A stretch of DNA of 60,042 nucleotides from a virus. The notes beneath the pieces were generated by a model. It saw nothing but the letters and a program-made list of their open reading frames with translations, did no database searches and was not told where the DNA came from. Position 1 is the stretch's first letter; the number at the start of each line of letters is the position of its first letter. Location: IMG/VR virus record IMGVR_UViG_3300000301_000017, positions 1 through 60,042 of that record, one strand, 5' to 3'. Made by a program: the position numbers and the translations under genes. This document shows, piece after piece, positions 53,886 through 60,042 of this stretch.

Positions 53886-54536
53886 TTACACTCCTTCAAT
53901 CTTATAATTGGCTCCAATCGTCGACAGAGTTTCTAACGCAACTGATAATCGTTTGTGATTTAGCTCTGCCCCCACAAATTGTTTTCCGGATTTATAGGCA
54001 TTTACCGCGACCAGCCCTCGTCCCATGCACAAATCTCCGATGCACTGATATGTTTCGTGCTGGCACACCCATTCAATGATATCCTCTTCATCCATGTCGT
54101 CGAGGCGAGGAGGCTTTCCGTGTCGCCAGCCCCTGACGATGTAACATCGGTTATCTCGTTTGTGGTAGTAGGAGCTATTGTAAAATGTGACTTTTTTATA
54201 GAGCTTCCGCATCTCAACCACAAAGTCGGCCAGGTGTTCTTTGCCAATTTCTAGGTAGCATACTTCCGGGCCGATTTCTTTGATACACTCAAAGAGTCGC
54301 GCATAAAAGTCTTCATATGTTTCCGACGGCGGCATCATGTCTGCCTTTGTGTAAAAAGAGGTCATGTTACCTTTATTCCACGGTGGGTCCACAAACAGCA
54401 GATCTGCTTGTCGCATAAAATCCGGTAGGGGAGAGAAGATGTTGTTTACCATCAAGCAGCTACCGTCGGTAAATATGGCCTTTCCGCGCTCAATCGGATG
54501 CCGCAAATATGCGTCTCCATAGTTCCAATTACGCAT
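53886..54536 (-). CDS. Short beta-class DNA methyltransferase (DPPW motif)
   Basis: Motif IV is LLFVDPPWN and C-terminal motif I is GDLCMGRGLVAVNA...FVGAELN. Its start overlaps the ParB-like stop. Confidence 0.7.
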   Translation of the reverse strand: MRNWNYGDAYLRHPIERGKAIFTDGSCLMVNNIFSPLPDFMRQADLLFVDPPWNKGNMTSFYTKADMMPPSETYEDFYARLFECIKEIGPEVCYLEIGKEHLADFVVEMRKLYKKVTFYNSSYYHKRDNRCYIVRGWRHGKPPRLDDMDEEDIIEWVCQHETYQCIGDLCMGRGLVAVNAYKSGKQFVGAELNHKRLSVALETLSTIGANYKIEGV

Positions 54537-55086
54537 CGTCAGGCACCTCCACCATGCCCCACGACATGGAATAGTTCTGATTCTTAAACAGTTCGGCAAT
54601 GCCGGTGATTTGTTTGAGACGGTAAACCTCTTCCATGTCCATACCGAGGTTCTTGCTGATCTCCTCGTCGGATGCACCCTGTTCAATCAGAGCTTTGACG
54701 AGGTCTCCCATCAGATCCACCTGGTGGACGCCGCGAGCGCGGTTAAACTGCACGGTGGCCTCCATGCGCTGCGTCATATCATGGTCCAGCACTACAATCG
54801 GGATCTGATCTGCCTCCAAATAGTCGCGGAAAATGAGGTAGCGGTGGAAGCCGTCGATGACGATGTACTTGTCTGCGTCTGCGTCGTAAATCGTCACGAC
54901 CGGGAAGCAAAATCCATTATTGAGGATTGACTGCAGCAGCAGCTGCATGTTGTTGTCACTCACGTGATTTGGATTATAGGTGTTGGCCTGCACCTTGTCG
55001 ATCGGCACAACGATAGGATGCATGCAGGGTAGTTTTACAGTGCCTTTCTTCGTTTTGATTTCATCAATCACAATAAATCCCTCCAT
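54529..55086 (-). CDS. ParB/Srx-fold N-terminal domain protein (IbrB/DndB-like)
   Basis: YNPNHVSDNNMQLLLQSILNNGFCFPVV ... YIVIDGFHRY. Confidence 0.75.
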   Translation of the reverse strand: MEGFIVIDEIKTKKGTVKLPCMHPIVVPIDKVQANTYNPNHVSDNNMQLLLQSILNNGFCFPVVTIYDADADKYIVIDGFHRYLIFRDYLEADQIPIVVLDHDMTQRMEATVQFNRARGVHQVDLMGDLVKALIEQGASDEEISKNLGMDMEEVYRLKQITGIAELFKNQNYSMSWGMVEVPDDA

Positions 55087-56192
55087 TTCTGCAACGTCTT
55101 TTCGCGCGGGTCTTCCGTGTTTTTAACTGGAAGATTATTCTCGTAATCGTTCAAGATCAGTTGCCGGCATTCCTGCCGCGCAACGTAATTGTTGTTTAGA
55201 TAGCGAGAAAATCGCTTTTTGAAGATTTCTTTCTTGCGTGGATCCGGATAAGTCTCCAGCAAGAAATCTCTGTATTCCATCCAGTTCTTATAATTTTTCG
55301 GAAGCTTGCGGCATTTCAGAAGCTTCGGGTCCTTTCCGTACAGATGGCCGACTTCGATTCCCTCGATGCGCTTGAGAAGTTTGTCGTACGTCTTCGGTTC
55401 AAATTCAGGCAGCTCCACGAGCGCCTTAAACGACTTTTCGTGAATCAGGGAAGACACTCTGATTTCCTGCAGGTGCATCCCTTTCTTCCATTCGTAATCG
55501 TAAATCTTCGAGTATCTGATTTTGTTATCATAGATAAATTTCCAGATGTCGTGGAAATTCCAGTCGTAGAGGGGATAGAAACTTGCGCTGCCTTCTGCAC
55601 GGGAGACCTTTGTCGCCCAATAGCAATCCTTATACCCAGGATTTTTTGCGACAGCGCGAAACCGATTCATGCTTTCTGTCGCTCGCAGCCCGACGAGAAA
55701 AGCCGTGTGCGGCCGCGACGCTTGAAAGTTATCCAGCACATCATAAAACCCGAATCCCTTTTCTTTGTCGCGGATCGTCTGGTGCTCGCGGTCCCACGGG
55801 ATGTGCTGGATCGAGTACGGCACCTTTGGCCGCATCCAGATCTTATGCTTTCCAGGCTCCCAGCAGATCAGCTGCCCCTCCTTGTAGGAGGTTGAGTTTG
55901 TCAAATGAAACGGGAACTGAAACCACAAGCGCGTGGTATTCTCTGGGTACAGATTCATTAGCCATGTTACTTGGTCAATCGTTGACTGATAAACGACTTC
56001 CTCATCGAGAAAGAAGATCCCGATTTTCCGGTTTCGGCGCCGGGCTTCCTGCAGGGCGAGCCAGCACAGGACCGTGCTGTCTTTTCCACCGCTGATGGAG
56101 ACGATGATGTTCTCGAATTCATCGAAGATATAGGACATGCGTTCTTTTGCGGCCAAATCAACTGTTTTCTGAAAATACACCTGCTTCAGCAT
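55068..56192 (-). CDS. PAPS-reductase-family PP-loop ATP pyrophosphatase (IbrA/DndC-like)
   Basis: VSISGGKDSTVL is the PP-loop. A GGAGGAG RBS precedes ATG 56192. Its stop overlaps the ParB-like start. Confidence 0.75.
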   Translation of the reverse strand: MLKQVYFQKTVDLAAKERMSYIFDEFENIIVSISGGKDSTVLCWLALQEARRRNRKIGIFFLDEEVVYQSTIDQVTWLMNLYPENTTRLWFQFPFHLTNSTSYKEGQLICWEPGKHKIWMRPKVPYSIQHIPWDREHQTIRDKEKGFGFYDVLDNFQASRPHTAFLVGLRATESMNRFRAVAKNPGYKDCYWATKVSRAEGSASFYPLYDWNFHDIWKFIYDNKIRYSKIYDYEWKKGMHLQEIRVSSLIHEKSFKALVELPEFEPKTYDKLLKRIEGIEVGHLYGKDPKLLKCRKLPKNYKNWMEYRDFLLETYPDPRKKEIFKKRFSRYLNNNYVARQECRQLILNDYENNLPVKNTEDPREKTLQKWRDLL

Positions 56193-57165
56193 AAAACTCC
56201 TCCAGCCTTTCCTTCCATTCATCGAAAAAACGGATGTAAACCTCGTCCACACTTAAACCCGTTGATAAAAACGTGATCTTTGATTGCCCAGTCCGCCGGA
56301 AAAAGTCGTTCATATCGAGCCTTCGATGCTGCCAATCCAGCAGCTCATACGTCACGCCGCGTTTTACGTTTGGGTAGGTTGTTACGTTCTTCATGTGATA
56401 GCGTGCATTCCTGGCAACGTACTGCTTTTCAGGCACGATATATGGCTTTTTCCATTTTCCGCAATAGATGTGCAACTGGCGCGGGATTGTATCCGGGCTT
56501 TTATTCCCGATAGAATCGAAAAGTTTATTCTTTTCTTCTTCGTATTCCTCTTCAGCTCCCGCTGGGAGCTCGATTGTATCTACAGTAAGCTCCAGATGAG
56601 GGTTGACTGCTCGAATGTCCTCCTCATAGAGAAAATCTTTTGAGAAGGGAGAACCTTTGTGCTTTGACTTTGTGTCGAAGTCCAAAAGTATCATGAAATC
56701 AGATACGTCCTCCACAAACGGGAAACACTCGAAGATGATCTGGTGCCCACACTGGTTAAGATAATGCCTTAAACAGTTATAAGTCAAATCCGAACGGTTC
56801 CTCGTCCGCATGAACTCGTTTACCACGAGGAGATAGTCTTTGTCGATTTCCTCCAGCAGGGGATAGAAAGTGCGGTACATGATGACTTCCTTGTATTCGA
56901 TCTGCCGGATGGGGATTTCCCCGTACTCCGGGATCTTCAGCATGTATTTCTCTTGTGTAAAGGTGTCTCCTGTTTTTTCAACGTTTAGAGTGTCAGTCGC
57001 AGATGTTATCCCGTTATTATCTTGTTCAATCGGTTTCCCGGGCATTTCCATCAAAAATTTTTTCGGCGAAAAGACGATGATTTCCTTCACATCATGGGTC
57101 TTTACATACCGAATGATTTCATTTCGCTTTTGCACCTCTGATAGTCCTAACCTTATCAAAGTTTT
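56158..57165 (-). CDS. Hypothetical ~335-aa protein
   Basis: The ORF is embedded in the operon and overlaps both neighbours. The start is uncertain. Confidence 0.45.
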   Translation of the reverse strand, partial: KTLIRLGLSEVQKRNEIIRYVKTHDVKEIIVFSPKKFLMEMPGKPIEQDNNGITSATDTLNVEKTGDTFTQEKYMLKIPEYGEIPIRQIEYKEVIMYRTFYPLLEEIDKDYLLVVNEFMRTRNRSDLTYNCLRHYLNQCGHQIIFECFPFVEDVSDFMILLDFDTKSKHKGSPFSKDFLYEEDIRAVNPHLELTVDTIELPAGAEEEYEEEKNKLFDSIGNKSPDTIPRQLHIYCGKWKKPYIVPEKQYVARNARYHMKNVTTYPNVKRGVTYELLDWQHRRLDMNDFFRRTGQSKITFLSTGLSVDEVYIRFFDEWKERLEEFYAEAGVFSENS

Positions 57166-58570
57166 CATCTCCTTCGTCCATTCCGTCCAGCCATTGCATA
57201 AAGTTTTTCTTGTGCATGTGCCTTTTAAATTCGTCTGAAAGACTGGCTTTTCTCCAAACACAATCTAAGATTCGTTCGTCGATTGTTCGCCAAGCGTAAA
57301 TATCTACGATGTTCACATCCTGGTTTTGCCCCACTCGATGCAGCCGATCTTCGGCCTGTTCGCGTGTTGCATAGTCCCAATCGTTATTGTAAAACACTTC
57401 GTTGTGGCAGTACTGCAGGTTCAGGCCGAAGCCGGCGCACGCTTTGTTCGCCACAAAAAGCTGCGTGTCTTTTGCGAATCGATCTTTTTCCTTTTCGCGG
57501 TTTTTACGACTGACGTCCCCATAATACACGGCGGGCTTAAAACCGTATTCTCGCTCGATGACGTTTGCAATGTCCTGTATTTCGTGCGTAAACTGGCACC
57601 ATACAACCGCTTTCTCGCGCTTTTGATAAAAGCCTTGCAGCACATCCAAAAGCTTGTCTATCCTCGGATTGTCTAACGGATCTTCAAATAGGGGATAGGT
57701 TACCATCGGCATCACTTGTGCATGAGTGGCAATAAACCTGCCGGACGTGATCTGCTGCAGCGCGTTAAATGTCCGATAAATGAGGGGAGAGTCTGGGCTT
57801 TCCTCCCAAACGTCCAATGACAAAAAATCCAGCTTCGCGCGATCGTATTCATCCCGCTGCTCATCGGTAAGGTCAAAAGCTCTTTCAGTGTGCACCTTCC
57901 TTGGAAGTTTCAGCACATCCTCCTTTTTGACCTCATATGTAAATGGTCCAATCCGGTCCGTAATATAGTCCAGGTTGAGCACCCGCACGACTTTGCTTCG
58001 ATACTTTTCACTGTAAACCAGATGATTTGCAGCAAAGCTCCAGAATGAGGAATACCCGAGGATTCGTGGGTCCAGAATATAGAACTGCTGGAACAGGTCC
58101 GCTTCGCACTTTGAAATCGGCGTACCGTTGAGGATCAGCTTGTATTTCACGTGTTCGGACAGACGAGTTATGTTTCGAGAGCGCAGGGCGTATGGGTTTT
58201 TCACTTTTAGGCTTTCGTCCACAATCAGGTAGCATTCTTTTTGCTGCGCGATGCTCATCAGTTTGCGATTTTCTCTCGCGCTGGTAGATAGAGTCTCGAT
58301 TCCGCAAATCGTAAGCATATCCTCGGGGATATAGGCGTGCGCTTGGATGCCCGACTTCAAGTCCCCGATCACATTGCAAGGGCACAGCCAGATTATATGA
58401 TTGATCTTCCCGGCAAGATATCGCATATATATGAGCCCGAGCGCCGTTCTCGTTTTTCCCGTGCCCATGTCCATAAACAGGGCGCCAACCTTCACATGCC
58501 TTAGTTTCTCGATCCCTTCTTTCTCATAATCAAAGGCTTCTGTTTTCAGATACATTTCCTTTTCAATCAT
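57119..58570 (-). CDS. SNF2-family helicase/translocase
   Basis: Motif I is DMGTGKT, motif II is LIVDESLKVKN and motif VI is EQAEDRLHRVGQ. Confidence 0.85.
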   Translation of the reverse strand: MIEKEMYLKTEAFDYEKEGIEKLRHVKVGALFMDMGTGKTRTALGLIYMRYLAGKINHIIWLCPCNVIGDLKSGIQAHAYIPEDMLTICGIETLSTSARENRKLMSIAQQKECYLIVDESLKVKNPYALRSRNITRLSEHVKYKLILNGTPISKCEADLFQQFYILDPRILGYSSFWSFAANHLVYSEKYRSKVVRVLNLDYITDRIGPFTYEVKKEDVLKLPRKVHTERAFDLTDEQRDEYDRAKLDFLSLDVWEESPDSPLIYRTFNALQQITSGRFIATHAQVMPMVTYPLFEDPLDNPRIDKLLDVLQGFYQKREKAVVWCQFTHEIQDIANVIEREYGFKPAVYYGDVSRKNREKEKDRFAKDTQLFVANKACAGFGLNLQYCHNEVFYNNDWDYATREQAEDRLHRVGQNQDVNIVDIYAWRTIDERILDCVWRKASLSDEFKRHMHKKNFMQWLDGMDEGDENFDKVRTIRGAKAK

Positions 58571-59717
58571 CGTCCATCAGGTCCTTTGGAATCTCTGCAT
58601 CTTTGTTTAAAATCTCCTTGAGCTTATCGGGTTGCAACTCTTCCTTTGGCGATTCCGGACGCACCGGCAGCTCGTTATTCTCTGCGTCCTTCATCCTCCT
58701 TTCAGCTCCAGGCGAAATACTAAATCCGTTGATATTTGCAAAATCTCTGATTTCACGCCATTCTTTTGGTGATACCATCACGGCGCCGTTATCTCTGCTC
58801 CACTCGGCACCAGGAAGACGCTTTGCCTCACGATAAAAATCATCGCCTTTGTCGCGGTTCCAGCATATCCCCAAAAGCTTCGAGTTATCAAATCCCACAA
58901 TCCAGCGCGTCTGTTCTGGCTTAAAATCGGCCTTGACGGCCTTCTCGCGGACGTTTTCGTCTAGGCACATAACTCGGAATCCCTTAAGCAACAGCTTATT
59001 CACGGTTTCGGCTGCACGGTCTTCAACGGTACCATACCGCCATTCTTTTTTGATAACTCGCACATATGCTCGTTCCTCGCGGATCCATACGTACCCGAGA
59101 GACCTTAACAGCAAACTAAACGTGCGATCTTTAATCGGATACGCAACGGAGATTTTCGGGCCATCGACTTTGACTTCAACAGTTCCATCAAAATTTACTT
59201 GCTCTGGCACAAGCGTGCTTTCCTCTTTGGCTTCCTTTTCTGCCGTGCTTTCCTCTTTGGACTCGTTCTTTGCAAAGCAGGTGTCTAAGCACCATTTATC
59301 ATATGCATCCAGCATCTTAAGAAGGCTTTTTGCGTTGTCACGGTTGTCAATCCAAAAGCGGGACGTATTTACAGTCTTCATCATCTCCATTGCCTTATCA
59401 ATTTGCGCCTGAATCTTATCGTTGATTTTCACACGCGCAATGGCTTCATTCAAATCCCCAAAAAACTTCGATCGGATTTCATTCGCCCAGTTGATTTGTT
59501 TTTCGGATCCAGAAAGCTCTGGAAAGCCATTTTCATGCGCTTCTTCTTTGCGCGCTTCTTCTCTCTCTTCACGCTTCATCTTTGCATAACACGCCGGGCA
59601 AATGCCGTCACGCTCAGCCCATTCGATCTTTTCTTGTTTGTCAGCGGATTTACCGCTTACATACAGCAGACCTTCGTGTCCACAGCTATATTTGACCTTT
59701 TTGTAGCAGCCGTTCAT
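58563..59717 (-). CDS. Zn-ribbon protein, first gene of the island operon
   Basis: CGHEG...CPACY at the N-terminus. The C-terminal part (LPGAEWSRDNGAVMVSPKEWREIRDFANINGF) is faintly HARP-like. Confidence 0.45.
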   Translation of the reverse strand: MNGCYKKVKYSCGHEGLLYVSGKSADKQEKIEWAERDGICPACYAKMKREEREEARKEEAHENGFPELSGSEKQINWANEIRSKFFGDLNEAIARVKINDKIQAQIDKAMEMMKTVNTSRFWIDNRDNAKSLLKMLDAYDKWCLDTCFAKNESKEESTAEKEAKEESTLVPEQVNFDGTVEVKVDGPKISVAYPIKDRTFSLLLRSLGYVWIREERAYVRVIKKEWRYGTVEDRAAETVNKLLLKGFRVMCLDENVREKAVKADFKPEQTRWIVGFDNSKLLGICWNRDKGDDFYREAKRLPGAEWSRDNGAVMVSPKEWREIRDFANINGFSISPGAERRMKDAENNELPVRPESPKEELQPDKLKEILNKDAEIPKDLMDDD

Positions 59718-59762
59718 GATGATTCTCCTAATCCAATCAGTGTGGTTATATTACTACATTCA

Positions 59763-59791
59763 ATTATAGCATAGTCGTATGCCTACGTCAA
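59763..59791 (-). promoter_or_regulatory. Consensus sigma-70 promoter of the island operon
   Basis: The reverse complement reads TTGACG, a 17-nt spacer and TATAAT. An AGGAGAA RBS precedes ATG 59717. Confidence 0.65.
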
Positions 59792-59869
59792 GCTGATTGT
59801 AAAGAAATTAAAAAATTTTAAAAGGAAAACATATAAATAAACGGAAACAAATTCACATGAAAATCAAGT

Positions 59870-59903
59870 GGAATAGCGAATCTTGTGGCTTGTTTGTGGC
59901 TTA
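59870..59903 (+). repeat. Candidate integrase arm-type site (right arm)
   Basis: The 22-nt core is identical to 92..113. Confidence 0.5.
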
Positions 59904-60019
59904 CGATATTGAAATCTCGCAAAATCTCGTGAAAATACATGTAACTTACGATTCAAAAAATCGCATAATTTCGCCATTCGTGGAGCATCGTGAAACATAG
60001 CGGATTGTATGTTTTACAA

Positions 60020-60042
60020 TTCAAATCCTGTCACCTCGACCA
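60020..60042 (+). repeat. attR core
   Basis: It is identical to 1..23. Confidence 0.75.

Noticed and set aside
1-60042. Diversity-generating retroelement, CRISPR-Cas, toxin-antitoxin pairs or integrated IS elements
   Set aside because: I saw no reverse transcriptase, cas genes, transposase or template/variable repeat pair. The only mobile elements found are the terL introns and the prophage itself.

Overview
The window is essentially one complete temperate prophage of about 60 kb. It is bounded by a perfect 23-nt direct repeat (1..23 and 60020..60042) that looks like the 3' end of a tRNA gene. Gene style (Shine-Dalgarno sites, XRE/RHH regulators, PBSX/Xkd-like contractile tail) points to a Firmicutes, probably Clostridia, host. 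Left to right the order is: (1) a minus-strand lysogeny block with a tyrosine integrase, two membrane/lipoprotein cargo genes, a four-HTH protein and two paralogous CI-like repressors; (2) an early plus-strand region with three diverged copies of a ribbon-helix-helix switch cassette; (3) a recombination/replication module (Gp157-like, Rad52/Sak-like, NinB-like, SSB, DUF4373 initiator, DnaC-like loader, RusA); (4) nucleotide-metabolism-like oddities (MazG fusion, degenerate ThyX); (5) a late regulator, a promoter-gene-terminator moron and a DNA methyltransferase; (6) terS and a terL split by two group I introns, one carrying an HNH endonuclease; (7) head, contractile-tail and baseplate genes; (8) a CXXX-repeat Cys-rich protein with its radical-SAM/SPASM maturase inside the tail-fibre module; (9) the lysis genes and a stand-alone NrdD-type glycyl-radical mini-ORF; (10) at the attR end, an AT-richer minus-strand operon with its own consensus promoter, encoding a Zn-ribbon protein, an SNF2 helicase, an unknown protein, a DndC/IbrA-like PAPS reductase, a ParB/IbrB-like protein and a methyltransferase. 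That last operon is the best candidate for an uncharacterised DNA-modification or defence system. All calls rest on motif recognition and gene order by eye. No database search was run.
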